Source: Cladosporium halotolerans (taxonomy: Eukaryota). From it: a stretch of 64,000 nt of DNA. The stretch's first letter is position 1. Each line of letters starts with the position of its first letter. The stretch spans positions 1 through 64,000 of the forward strand of contig NW_027191465.1 in NCBI RefSeq assembly GCF_011745625.1. The letters are read 5' to 3'. The notes under the pieces are model-generated. The model saw only the letters and a list, made by a program, of their open reading frames with translations, was not told where the DNA came from and ran no database searches. This document shows positions 46,529-58,627 of the stretch, one piece after another. A program made the translations under genes and the position numbers.

Positions 46529-47426
46529 AAGGCCAATTTGTGCCGAGGAAGCATACGAACTTGCAAGAACCAGAACGAAGCTGAGATTTGTCACGATTCC
46601 AGCGGTCTGTACGCGCACGAAAGCAGGAAGAGAGAATCCGCCGAGTGCTACCGACGAGCTTCTAGGGGTGAAGATACAATGGCATTCGGCCACTGGGGAT
46701 GGAAATGGGCACTTGTAATCAGACTGTAAGTCATTTCCCTGTTTTCCCACTCGAAACTGGACTGACTTCTTGGAGGTATGAGCGAAATTCCACGATTACC
46801 ACTGAAACCCCCGAAGACATACATGCATGACTCAACAAGGCTTCACCACAGTCGGATTATAAAAGTATACGCCTTGTCCACAGACGTGTGGAGGCAGTGG
46901 GCATGCTTTCCTGGAGATTGATGCCCAGAGAAATCCTTTTTTTTTTTTCGCATGGCAGGCGCTATATTGGTAAGCTCCAACTTCATGTTGATCAGAGATT
47001 TATAAAGATACCCATACAATTCGTACACAAAAGAGACCTTCGACTTGAACACAGATTTCTTAGTATTTGCGAAGTTTCTCGATTGAACAGACTCAGTTTT
47101 CACCTCTCGTGTCAGCCGCGAAATGCTGCCCATATCAGCACGTTTCAGATTCTGGAATCTCCCACGATTTTGCACTGATTACACATGCCTGCGACCTTCT
47201 GGCTCATCTCCCTTTGCTCGAGAAGCTTGGTGCTTGTTTCGGAGGCGTTGGGCCTCGAAGATTCTGTTCGCTTGACAACTTCTATATCATGCGATCCGCG
47301 GAACGGCTTGTTGCCCTGTTCTCACCTCATACTTCGCAACCGACGTGAACACAAATGTGGACAATACCATCCGCACCGACAAGTGTCACTCTTCTGTACC
47401 CACAAAACACGTTGAGCGTGAAAATC

Positions 47427-48091
47427 ATGTTGTCCAAATTTGTTCATTTTGGCCTTGGCCTCATGCTCTTGTTAATCCTTGCTAGCAAGTCCATGGCTTC
47501 GGCGGATATAGCGAGTTCCTACTTTGCTTCACTACATCAGCAGGCTCCTCAGAGCTTCCACGATGGCTATTGCCCTTACAACGACCTCAAGCTCGATCCG
47601 GCAGCTGAAGGCAGTGTCAACTGTCAGTGTTATGGCGTATTTGGTGGTAGGAAGAGCTTCGACTTGAATGGGTATATCGAGAGAGCTTGCAACAAGATCT
47701 CCAATTACGAGTATGGATTTGATCCTTATGCGAGCCGTGTTACGGCCGCTCAGCTGGTACCGGCCACTTTGATCATGGCTGAGTATAACCGCGACTTCAA
47801 AGGCGACGCTTGCAAGACACCAAGGAAAATGACACAAGAGCAATGCGAGGAGAACTTCAAAAATGCCACTTGGTATGCGGGTCTCACTGTAAACATGTAT
47901 AGCTTCTCGCTGACTTTGAGAATTAGCAACAATAACAGAGCGGGCGGTGTTGCTTTCGGCAGCTGCTTCAAGTACACTGTGGATTTCTTTCCCAAGGTGG
48001 GTGGCTATCCCATCTTGCGACTACTTGCCCTTATTCTGGAACTGACATATCGTTGCAGATAAATCACCCTGAGATCAGTTTGTACGATTAG
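47427..48091 (+). CDS. Small secreted Cys-rich protein (candidate effector), 182 aa
   Basis: Signal-peptide-like MLSKFVHFGLGLMLLLILASKSMAS; 8 Cys after splicing introns 47873-47926 and 47997-48058. Confidence 0.72.
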
Positions 48092-49499
48092 TACGGCGAA
48101 GGAAGTCCCATCAACACCTCGGCCGATGTACTAGTTTTGAGCGAGGTTTCGCGGAAGGCACATGGCAACAAGCGAGCATATTCCAGTGATTGGTGATCGC
48201 ACTAAATCACGGCGAGAATGACTATCAGATTGATGAAGTAAGGTCGTATAATAAGATACCCAGGCGTCCAGTGGCCTTCGAAGGCATCTCCCCACCATCA
48301 TGTCAAATTACCTTTCGTAGCTTGTACTCAGTCCGCGGTGGAAAGGAGAAAATGTCCATCAATCAAGCTTTCACGTCTCGTCCTTTCAACAGCGACGCCT
48401 GACTGGCCTGCTCGGGCAACATTAGCCAAAGATTGGCCAACAGAGCCAAGCAATCCTTCTCGTTGGAGGTGGAGACGGCAAAGTCCGCACGGCTCTGCCA
48501 GTTCCGACTTCAGCTCCTTTCAATGGAGCCAAACACATCATGGCTCCGTGGCGATGCTACCGACTGACTCGCGATCTCGCGATATGAGACGTGAGGCTAT
48601 AGAAGCTAACCGTACTAATGATCAAGGTAGGATTAGGATCGCAGGCAACGAACCCCACTCTTCTTGGTCTCGTACCTGCGACGGGAGTCTCGTCCCGGAG
48701 CATGGCGCCTGGCACTGTGAGTCGTGGCCAGACCCGGTATGTCGGCAACGAGAGTAAGTACCATCCCACTCCACGCTATGTCAAATGGCACGTCTAATAT
48801 CTATATCTTTTTCAGCGATCTTTTTGGCTGAATGCTTCTCTGCTGCACGACGTTTCTCATTTCCCACAATGTTCTAGCATATTCATAACTTGACATAGGC
48901 CTGCTCAAAGGACCCTCGCTCCTCACGGGCCTCGAGAATTTCAGCCGCAATAGCCTTGCAGAACGTGACTTTAGCAACCATAGGTCAAGGCCTATGAAGG
49001 ATGCACGGCCAAGAATGTAGCGCTGCAGCAACAACAGTGCGCTTGAACACAAGCGCAGCATCACATCCTTCGCGTCTTGCGACGTCTTGGAATGACAACA
49101 CGACGTCATTTAGCGAAACTAAAGGCTTGTCGCCCCTCAATTCTATCGGAATACTCCTCGTATGCGCACTCCCAAGTGTCGCGAGCGCAGGCTTCCTACG
49201 CTCAGCTGTCTCTTGCAAGCGTGTGGACTATCGAGTTGGAAGACATTCCTTGCAATGGAGCGACGATCTTGCCTCGACTTTGATATCTCTTCGTTGTAGG
49301 ATCTGAAGAATACGAGCGAGAAGTCTGAGCAACCGTGATGTTGTTAGGCAGTGCTATTCGCAAGAGTGTGTATAAAAGCGCAAGTCCTCAGACGCGTTTC
49401 TCAGTCCAACTCAAGCAAGCTCACCGTCTCTCGCCCGTTTCGAACTTGCACATCTCACAAGAGTCTTTTCCACGCATTCCATATAACCCCGTATCAATC

Positions 49500-50668
49500 A
49501 TGTCCGCCGCCGCTTTCATCGACGCAATCGGATTCGCTAGCGCTATCCTCACAACCGTGGGATTCGCGCAGTCAAACGTACGTCCAGCTACTCATTTCAT
49601 CAACTGATGAACGAAGCTGACAGTACCGCAAGCTGCCTGGTGGAGGACCGCAAGGTGCTGAAGTTCAAATCAAAGCTGGTCTCGGCGACAGAGACAGCAG
49701 CGAGCTGGTAAGCTATCAAGCCCGTCCAACTTGGGAGCCCGTCGATCAACGCTAACTTCGAGCTCGCAACACAGGGCGGTGGCATCACGGCCGTCTACGC
49801 TTTCGACAACAGCAACATCTACCTTGGCAAATCCGGCAGCGGAAGCATGGGCGACGGAGGCGTCGTCTCCCTGACCATCGATCAAGCCGAGCCAGGCGTT
49901 CAAGCCGATTACATCAGTGTCGAGAACAGCGACGACGCCACGTGCATTTCTTGGGTTGCTGTCAACCAATTTGACGGCAGAGGTACCAAGGGTGCCTGGC
50001 TGGGCGACATCGGCTACGCTTGTGGTCAGCCATGGTACTACGGGAACCAGGCCATCGACGAGGATGGAAACATCAAGCCGTACTGCACCTGGCTGGACGG
50101 CAACGGCGTGAGTGCAATGTCATTCCCACTAATCCGCGAGTAGCCGTATTGACTGCGTTGATCAGGATCCGACCGACAAGGCCGCCTTGAAGTTCCGTCT
50201 ACAGCCATACGTCGGCGACAATGCACAGAAGACCCTCGATGATGGACGCCAGTGTACAGAGACCGTCTGGGGCACTGACAAGGGCCCTATCAGCGGTAAG
50301 TCTAACTCGAGCAAATTTAGACAGCACTCACTGACGTTGTTGCCATTGAAGGAACTCCAGGCAAACGCTCCCTGAAGGCTCGCACCGAAGACATGGAGAA
50401 CGAGCTCATCATTTCCAATTTCTCAAGCCACACGGCCGGTAACCTCTGCAACTCTGAGACTTCTTGGGGCCCAGACTTTGTGGGATCAGACGGCAAGCTG
50501 TGTGACATGGCAAGCAAGACGCTTACTTCGCTTTGCTCGACGGAAGATGTTGATGGCTGTGTCGACCTTGATGATGTTGAGGGTACCGTCACCAAGAGGA
50601 TGACGGTTGCGCGCCGCTCGACTCATGTGCCGCACAAGAAGTATTCGAAAGTGAGCAAGTGGGAGTAA
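49500..50668 (+). CDS. Cys-rich fungal protein of unknown function, 313 aa, 5 exons
   Basis: Introns 49578-49623, 49708-49774, 50108-50165 and 50296-50351 give an open frame; motifs DATCISWV, WLGDIGYACG, CTWLD, LCNSETSWGPDFV; TATAAAA at about 49371. Confidence 0.8.
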
Positions 50669-51117
50669 GGGCGTACTAGGCACGTATTTCGAAGCATGAG
50701 GGAGAGAGGAGGGGCTGCTGCGAAGGTGGTGCTCAATGTTCCATTGAGAGCTTGCAAGGGATGATTGACCGGGACACTCGTTTCGATGTAGATGTAGATA
50801 GACTGTTAAGTTTGAAAGGCTTGCAAATCCGCTTGTTTGTTTCGCCATGAGTAGTGGCTCGCTGGAAGCCTATCGCCGCAGTTTCGACCCCTGGACAACG
50901 ATCAATTTGTCTACCGTATTGTAATGCGAGAAGCGTCCCGGCATACCATGCGTTTTCATGTTGACGGTGGTGACAATTTGGTCCTCTAGCACGACGTTCA
51001 GACTTGCTCGCCCAAGCAATACCGTGCCTACTGAGGTCGTTTGAGAACCTTCAGTTGATCAAAAAATTGTCTCTGAATATGATATCTTAATTTTACACAA
51101 TTGTACACTCAGACGGT

Positions 51118-51902
51118 TCAGTTCCTTCCCCTCTTGTTGTTCTTCTTCTTGTTGGAGCGCGCGTCCCTGCCCTTTGCATTGTTCATAGGTCCACCGGCCC
51201 TCTGTCTCAGATACTGCCTGACAATGTTGTCCACGCTGCCCACATCGTGCCTGGGCTGGCGCATGTAATACAACCTCGCTCTCCTCGCGCGCTTGGCCTT
51301 CCTCTGCACGACTTCAATTCCCTCCACGTTCGGGCTGTAGATCTTGTACCACATCTCGACGCCGACGCGCGTCAGGTTGTTGCGCAGCAGGATCGCAGAA
51401 TCGATCTTTGAGTTCCCTTGTCGGATGTTGATACAGACGCCGGAGAAGGGCTCGCCAGATTTTTGGCGGACCAGGAGGATATCGCCTACGCGCGCGCGGT
51501 CGGGGTTTTCCTGGCTGAAGAGACGAGTACGGGCGCCAGTAGCATCAAGCGCAGAGATTTGTGAGGCGGTGACGGCGGCCACAGGATCGGGGCACAGTTT
51601 GCGGGTGGAGGGGACCTGAGGAGCAACGGGGATCTTGCGCATTCCTGTCTCAAAGCCTTGGAGAGTGTAAGCATAAGTTCAATCGTACAGTCCAAGCTAC
51701 GCTTACGGTTCTGCTTTGTGGCCTGGCTCGTCCGGAAGCTCTTAGCAGGCAAAGGGTAGCGTGTCTGTAGAGACGGGTATTGCACTTCGGCAGCAGCGGC
51801 GGCGTAGGACCGCGTCTGCTGCTGTTGCCGCTCTGCGCGGCATTGTCGCAATGCCTGTTTGAGGCATGCCAGAGGCCGTGCCGACTGTGAGGATAACGAC
51901 AT
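51118..51902 (-). CDS. IMG1: Mitochondrial ribosomal protein bL19m
   Basis: GDILLV, FSGVCINIR, LRNNLTRVGVEMWYKIYSP, RARRARLYYMR; intron about 51657-51706. Confidence 0.9.
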
Positions 51903-52087
51903 GGTTGCCAGGTGTGGATGTGATCTGTCGGACGTCTGGCTATACCACCGCGTGATGCTGGTCAAAGTTCGCCGCGGAAGTGCCTGCCAAGTCTTCGAGA
52001 CGGAGGAGGGACAGCGACTTTGGATGGAGTTCACGGGAGCATCGCGAGGATCTTCCACTGCGCTCGCGCCTCCAATCGCAAGGCACA

Positions 52088-53261
52088 ATGAATTCCGTCT
52101 GCACAAGATGCTCTATGCGCGTGCAGCGCGCTGTGCAGGTGGACATTCGATCCGCCTCTAAGCGCGCATTCTCCAGCGCGCCTGTCCAGCGGAGAGGTAC
52201 ATCGAGCACTATTCACGATGCTGGAATATTCATGCTAATCACATTGTGCTTAAGGCATTCCCACATTCCACGAAACCTCTAATGCCGAGCTCGACGATGT
52301 CCTCTCCACGCTCCGCACGAAGCACTTCATACCGGGATACCTGGACTCTCACCAACGAAGGCTTATCTTCGGCACCAAATACCGCCAACAGCTCCACGAC
52401 AACCCTCAAAGCGTTGAGATTGGTGGAGAGGAGATCCCCCTCAAATGGATAGACCGTCACACAGAGATTCCGAGCCGGAAATCTCTCATAGACCGCGCCA
52501 TCGGCCTCATGGAGAAGTCGGGCAACAGGAAAGCCTGGTCCAACCTACCAGGCTTGCTTGCTGGATTGACGGGTTACGGGCGTACGCCAGACGATGCAAT
52601 GATGGGGAAGATCACGCGGAAAGCGGTGAATGCAGGGAGGCTCGATGTGATCATCCAGTGTCTGGAGCAAAGCCGCTTCACGGGCATGACGCTGAAGAAA
52701 GAGGTGGTGCTGAGAAACGTTGTGTTGGGACTTCACCGCCAGGCACAAAATGACAACTGGAGTGAGGGTGCGGTGCGCAAGGGTCTGGCAGAGGCGCGAC
52801 AGCTCGCTCTCATGCTGGAGGCGGAGGAGCACGGCTCCGGCAAGGTTCTGTCACGCGACGACCCAAGGCAAAGACCCGATATCATTGGTGTTTACCTTGA
52901 GCTTGCCGCTGTCAACGCATACAAGTTTCAAGACAAGCAGGACAAGGGCGGCGTGCTCAGCGCATACGTCACACGTCTCATTTCTTGCATCGGCGAGATG
53001 GCGCAACCTCCGTCGTTCGCGCCTCCGAAATACGGTCCGGTCTTCGAGATGTTGGAGGGTGTACCGATTTGGCATGGTCTCAAGCTCGCGCAGAAAGTGC
53101 TTGGTGATCAGATGCCTATGGCTACCCAAGCCAATCAGATCATTGCAGACTACGAAGCGGGCCTGAACAACCTTGCGAACTCGATCGAGGCGAAATTACC
53201 AGCGGAGGGCACTTACGGTGCCCAAGCACTGGACGTGTGGAAGAACTGTATCAGGGAGTAA
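52088..53261 (+). CDS. Helical hypothetical protein with a mitochondrial presequence-like N-terminus
   Basis: MNSVCTRC..KRAFSSAPVQRR; intron 52197-52254 joins it to the 250-aa ORF. Confidence 0.75.
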
Positions 53262-54518
53262 TCAAAGGCAAATTGTACCACCACGCTTATCATGTATCAT
53301 AAACCATTGGTTCACCAGGCCCTTCACCATACGGGTAACACGAAACTACCATCTCACTTCGATTCTTAATCACGTCTTGGCCAATTTGATCCACTGATGC
53401 GGCAGGACAGCGTAAAGCCTGGCTTCTGATCTCACGACCGTGGTCCACCAGGTCTCTTGACTCACGAAGTTTTCAAGTGAAGCTTCCTGGTCATCTGGCT
53501 ACAAATTTTATATCAGAGGAGATGATGTCGGGCATGTCTTCTCTGCCGGGAGTGGAGGTGAGTTGTTGGTTATGGGATCTACATCATCGACATTCGACCT
53601 TATCGACATATACCAAGCTCCGCCGCATAAATCCTTCCATCCCAATTACGAAGGCCACCATTTTCTCATGAACGCTACTTCTTTGTCGTATGGGACGTTT
53701 GAGAATCGTCAAACGACCCTCACCGATCTTTCCACTCCGAAGATCTCCCAGAATCTGCTATGAATACATAAATTTAGAATTATTCTGATTGAGTGTCAGC
53801 ACAAGTAACGCCAGCCTCGGTAACCTCGATGAAGCATACTTACGTTACAATCGATTCACCCTCGAGCTTAATCGAAGCGAAGGAGGCAGCCGTTACCGAG
53901 TATGGAAGATCATCCAACACCAGTCACTAGTCCGGTCCATCCACGGTCTTTCTCAATGATCTTTCGGCGGCTGAGTCCGCTCCGTTCCCTCCAGGTCTCT
54001 GGGCTCCCTGCCCAGCCATCGGTTCAGTCGCTCGTCTGGCACCAGCGTGCGGCCCAGCGTAATGGCGAGGAACGAGTGGATGGAGCGTTCGACGGATTTC
54101 TTGAGGAATCCGGTCATAGTGTTTGCGGGCGAGGCTTGAGCGTAGAACTTGAGGTCCAAGGTTCGTCGCAATTGAAGAATATGTGGCGAGACAGGTCATG
54201 TTGGACCCCGAATGGTGCAAAGGTAGATCGTAGGAGATATGTTTCCAAGCGAGTCAGGGGCACGGGCGTAGACAACACAGTCATTGCGGGATAAATCGCT
54301 CAGGCGTTCTTTGGTCCTCTGCAGCTTTCCTTAGAGGTGACTGCCAGTATAGCTTGCAAAGTAGCTCACAGCGTAGGTTTTCTCTTCACCTTCTTCGACT
54401 CTCCCGGATTGCTTTTGTGGTGATCGTTCCGCATGATCATCATATACACGACCTTATTTGATACACCGAATTTGCACATTTAAACAATCGTAGGACCCCG
54501 CCGTACCGATTCATCGAA

Positions 54519-55970
54519 CTAGCCACGACTCCTATTCATCAACCACCGCCTAATAAGAAACTCCCTAACCTTGTACCTCTTCAACACCTCCGCCACATTC
54601 CCCACCTCTCCCTCAAAAGGCGGCGGCACATCCACATAGCACAGTACCAAACTCTTCTTCACCTGGCTCTGGACACGATTAACACAGTGCAACCACCACC
54701 AATCCTTCTGCTCCTTGATCCTCCTCGCCTGCTTGCCCTCCTCCGTAGACCAGTAAGCGTGCGAGTAAGACGGCAGAATCATGACGGCGAACTCTGCGTG
54801 CGAGAAGACCGGGCCGCGATTGTAGAGGAGGTAGTCGACGCCGAATTTCGTGCCGGCGCGCACGACCCAGCCGAGAGAACGGAAGTGGTGGTAGGCGACA
54901 TAGGAGAGGAGGAAGGGGCTATCGGGCGCTGGTAGAGTAGAGGAGAAAGGCTCAGGAGGGAAGGTGGCGTGGCTTGCGAAGAGGGAGAGAAGGGTCTTCT
55001 TGCTTTGAAGTTGGATTTTGGTTGGTAATTTGAGGGTTGAGCCGGGCGTGATTTGGATGTCGAGGACGCCGAGGCCGAAGGAGAGGAAGAAGGCTTCTTC
55101 GAGGGTGAGTTGGAGATATTCTTGGTTTTCGATGTCGGGAGTCGGGTCCTCGGTCGGTTCGTCTTGGACGACGTCGGTTGATGCTATGTCTGCGCCCTTG
55201 TTGCCGGGGGTGGCCGCGGTTGCGGATTTGCTGGCGACGACGTCGGCATCGGGTATTCTGCCCTCCGTCTCTGCCTTCATCTCTGCAGATCTTGTAGGAA
55301 TCTCGTTGGAATCAGCCGTGGCATCGTCTGCGCCAGGTACAGCATCGCCCTCCAGCTTAGCATTCTCATCCACCTCAGGCTCACGCAGAGCTCTACCCTC
55401 CTCGACCGCACGCTGATGCTCGATCTTTTCCGCCTCCAGTCTAGCACGCTCCAACTTGAACAATCGTCTCTCCTCTCTTCGCTTCCTCGTAGCCTCCTCA
55501 GCAGTCCCGCGACCTCTGCCTCCAGCCTTGAGCTTCGCCTGCTCTCTCTCCATCCAGCTGGGTTCACTTCTGCTCAAAGTACCCTTGCCAAAGAATCCCA
55601 TCTCCCATAGTGCCCTTACTTGAGCCGGATCCGTGATGTGCACAGATCGCGATTCGGGAGAGAAGTAGCCAACGTAGAGACATTCCGGGTGTGACTTTGG
55701 TGGCGAAACTAACTGTGAGAGAAATGCGTAGGCGAGCCGCAGCAGCGAGATCGGATTTGTGGGATGGAAAGCCGGCAGAGGGTGGACGTCCAGAGGGAGT
55801 GGTTTGCGGTGAATATGGGCGTAGTTCGGTCCCCTTTTGCGCGGTGGCTTTTTGCTAAGCGGTTGCGAGGGTTGCGATTGTGTATTTGGACTCGCATCCT
55901 TGCTGTCCGCGACGGGTTTCGCAGTCTCCGGTATCCGACCGATCGCAACCGGAGGCACTGCCTCAGACAT
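54519..55970 (-). CDS. SEN2: tRNA-splicing endonuclease catalytic subunit Sen2
   Basis: GFFGKGTLSRSEP, EYLQLTLEEAFFL, GWVVRAGTKFGVDYLLYNRGPVFSHAE. Confidence 0.94.
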   Translation of the reverse strand: MSEAVPPVAIGRIPETAKPVADSKDASPNTQSQPSQPLSKKPPRKRGPNYAHIHRKPLPLDVHPLPAFHPTNPISLLRLAYAFLSQLVSPPKSHPECLYVGYFSPESRSVHITDPAQVRALWEMGFFGKGTLSRSEPSWMEREQAKLKAGGRGRGTAEEATRKRREERRLFKLERARLEAEKIEHQRAVEEGRALREPEVDENAKLEGDAVPGADDATADSNEIPTRSAEMKAETEGRIPDADVVASKSATAATPGNKGADIASTDVVQDEPTEDPTPDIENQEYLQLTLEEAFFLSFGLGVLDIQITPGSTLKLPTKIQLQSKKTLLSLFASHATFPPEPFSSTLPAPDSPFLLSYVAYHHFRSLGWVVRAGTKFGVDYLLYNRGPVFSHAEFAVMILPSYSHAYWSTEEGKQARRIKEQKDWWWLHCVNRVQSQVKKSLVLCYVDVPPPFEGEVGNVAEVLKRYKVREFLIRRWLMNRSRG

Positions 55971-56603
55971 AGTGAATTAAAAGCGCGCAAATCAATCCCA
56001 ATGAGTCGAAATCGATCCGTCAGTCCGGCTAAGGTTTGCGATCAAGCAGGGTATATTGCAGCCAGGAGGAGGATCCCTCTGCCTGTCGTGGATTTGGTCA
56101 CCAGGTGAGGTAAGAGAATAGTTTGGTCCAAGCTGAAGATCCAGAGTCGACTGGTTATGTCGCGGGCAAAATCCTGAATGGGGATGTCGGTATTGTCAGA
56201 CGAAATGAAAGTTTCAAGCTGTGAAGTCGAAATTTGCAAGCGCTTGGAGCGACAGATGTTTCAATCAGGCAAATCAGCTGAGATAGAAATGACTATCTCA
56301 TTGCGTTCGTAGCTACAGTTCGAAGACTCTCGTCCAAGACATAAAAAGAGAAATGTAGGCTTCCCTGTCAATGTACAGACCAAACGATCTGACTCCGAAG
56401 CAACCTCTCGCATCGGCTTGCGAGCCGAAAGGTGCTGCTGCTGCCGCGGCCCGCCGCGTCAAGCTCAAGGGTCTCAATTCTCGTGCTTTTTGAGAGACCA
56501 ACTTTGACATCATTCCAGAAACATCGACATGGCGTTTCGCCTTGGGAATTAGATATTCCCTACTCAACCTGCGCTTTTACACTGATAGCGCACACGATCG
56601 ATC

Positions 56604-58355
56604 ATGTCAGCAGCGCGATTATCATCGAGACTACCCCGGGCTCTGCCTCGGGCAGCCGTCAGTCTAGCAGAGACACGCGCACCACGAACCTCACTTGCCG
56701 TCGCTAACCAACGAAGATGGCTTCAAAAGCCGCCGCCTCGATCTCGGCCATGGGGAGAACGCGCGACAGGCAACCACCAAAACCACGAGATCGCGAATCA
56801 GCAGCAAGACCAGCAAGAGCCTCCCAAGCCCAACACGCAACTCGCAACCACGCTCGCACAATCCGACTCGTCCGATCTCGTCACCCCAGTCCACATCCCA
56901 TCCGACCCCGATGGAGTCCTCCCACCTGACCACCCGGCGCTCGCGATCCTGGGAAACAGCAGTCTTGTAATTCAGCGCCAGATCGAGATGATGAACATCA
57001 TCATCGGCTTCGAGCAAGCAAACCGCTACATCATGATGGACGGACAAGGCAACACGCTAGGATACATCGCAGAGCGCGACCACGGCATGGGCAGTGCCTT
57101 CGCGCGCCAAATGTTCAAGACCCACCGCTCCTTCACAACCCACATCTTCGACGCCTCCGAGCGCGAAGTCCTGCGCATCCACCGGCCCTTCGCCTGGATC
57201 AACAGCAAAATCCGGATCTACGATCCCGTGCCCGAAGGCGGCTACGACCAACTAGAACCCTCCACCGCCCTGCAAGGAACAAGCGCCAACTCCGCCCTCA
57301 ACCCCTCCTCCGTCGCCCAAGTCTCGCCCCTCCCCCTGGAAGAAATGCGCGTAATCGGCGAAGCGCAACAAATCTGGGCCCCTCTCCGGCGCAAATACGA
57401 CCTTTTCTCCTACCGCCCCTTGGCCCCCTCTCCCTCCAACTCCTCCACCCCCGCCCTCTCATCCGGCGACAAACCAGACAACACCACGACGGCGCTCACA
57501 GAATCCCACCCCAACGACCGCGCCCTCTCAGCCGGCATGTCGCAGTTCGCACACATCAACGAGCGCTTCCTGTCGTGGGACTTCACGCTGCGGGCCGAGG
57601 ACGCGTCGACGATCGGCAGCGTGAACCGCAACTTCGCGGGCTTCGCGCGCGAGATCTTCACGGACACGGGCGTGTACGCGCTGCGGATGGACAGCGCGGC
57701 GCAGAGCAGCGCGCTCGAGACGGCGCAGGGCCGGGAAGTAGGCCGGTATGAGCGGGAGGCCGCGGGGATGACGCTGGACCAGCGCGCGGTGATGCTCGCT
57801 GCGGCTGTCAGTATTGACTTCGATTACTTCTCGCGGCACTCGGGGGCTGGCAGCGGGGGGTTCATGCCGCTTTGGTTTCCGGGTATGGGCGGCGGGGCGG
57901 CGGAGGGTGGTGCTGTGGGTGCTGGTGCTGGTGCGGGAGCAGGCGCAGGAGCAGCGGGGGAAGCTGGCGCGGTGGGCGCGGCGGAGGGTGCTGCTGGGGC
58001 TGCTGGACGCGGGCTGGGGACTGGCGCTGGAGCGGCGGGCGAGAGCGCCGTTGCGGGCGCGGGAACGATGGCGGGTTATGAGGCGATGCAGCGCGGGGCG
58101 TATGGGCCTAGAGGCGGGGATGATGCGAGTCCGCAGGCCAATGAGCCGTTCCAGGGCGGAAGTGGGACTCCTGAGCAGGGTCCTGGACAAGGTGTTGGTG
58201 ATTCTGGCGACGAGGTCTGGGGCCAGTCGCAGGATCCTTGGGGTCGTGGCGGTTGGGGTGGAGATGATCAGGGCCCGCCTCCAAGTGCTGGAGGCGAGTC
58301 TGGAGAGGGCGGATCGAGCTGGGGCGATATGCTCAGTGATTTCTTCGAGGATTAA
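56604..58355 (+). CDS. AIM25: Phospholipid scramblase-family mitochondrial protein
   Basis: RQIEMMNIIIGFEQANRY, RRKYDLF, FLSWDF, REIFTDTGVY, DQRAVMLAAAVSIDFDYFSRHS; Gly-rich tail. Confidence 0.88.
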   Translation: MSAARLSSRLPRALPRAAVSLAETRAPRTSLAVANQRRWLQKPPPRSRPWGERATGNHQNHEIANQQQDQQEPPKPNTQLATTLAQSDSSDLVTPVHIPSDPDGVLPPDHPALAILGNSSLVIQRQIEMMNIIIGFEQANRYIMMDGQGNTLGYIAERDHGMGSAFARQMFKTHRSFTTHIFDASEREVLRIHRPFAWINSKIRIYDPVPEGGYDQLEPSTALQGTSANSALNPSSVAQVSPLPLEEMRVIGEAQQIWAPLRRKYDLFSYRPLAPSPSNSSTPALSSGDKPDNTTTALTESHPNDRALSAGMSQFAHINERFLSWDFTLRAEDASTIGSVNRNFAGFAREIFTDTGVYALRMDSAAQSSALETAQGREVGRYEREAAGMTLDQRAVMLAAAVSIDFDYFSRHSGAGSGGFMPLWFPGMGGGAAEGGAVGAGAGAGAGAGAAGEAGAVGAAEGAAGAAGRGLGTGAGAAGESAVAGAGTMAGYEAMQRGAYGPRGGDDASPQANEPFQGGSGTPEQGPGQGVGDSGDEVWGQSQDPWGRGGWGGDDQGPPPSAGGESGEGGSSWGDMLSDFFED

Positions 58356-58627
58356 ATGTCGTGCCCTCAAAGTGTAACATAATGTCAGCGCGCTTGGACA
58401 AGAGTAGGAGAGGGGCAAGCTGATGTACGATACAAAAGGCAGATGATGGGTTCCACCTCACGGTGAGGTTTAGCGAGCATATATTTATACCCCCCTTCAC
58501 ATTATGTATTAAACAACGTTCTGTCGCTCCCTCAAATCCTTTTCCAAGGTCCACAGGCCGTTCGCATCCCATCCAAGCCACAAATCAACATCATCATCAT
58601 CGCCACCATCAAACTTGAAACATCATC

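Noticed and set aside
53400..54450. Short ORFs between the mitochondrial-type gene and SEN2
   Set aside because: No recognisable motifs or splice model; cannot support a gene or pseudogene call
57880..58080. GC-rich GGNGCN repeats
   Set aside because: Simply encode the Gly/Ala-rich tail of the scramblase; not a CRISPR or mobile repeat
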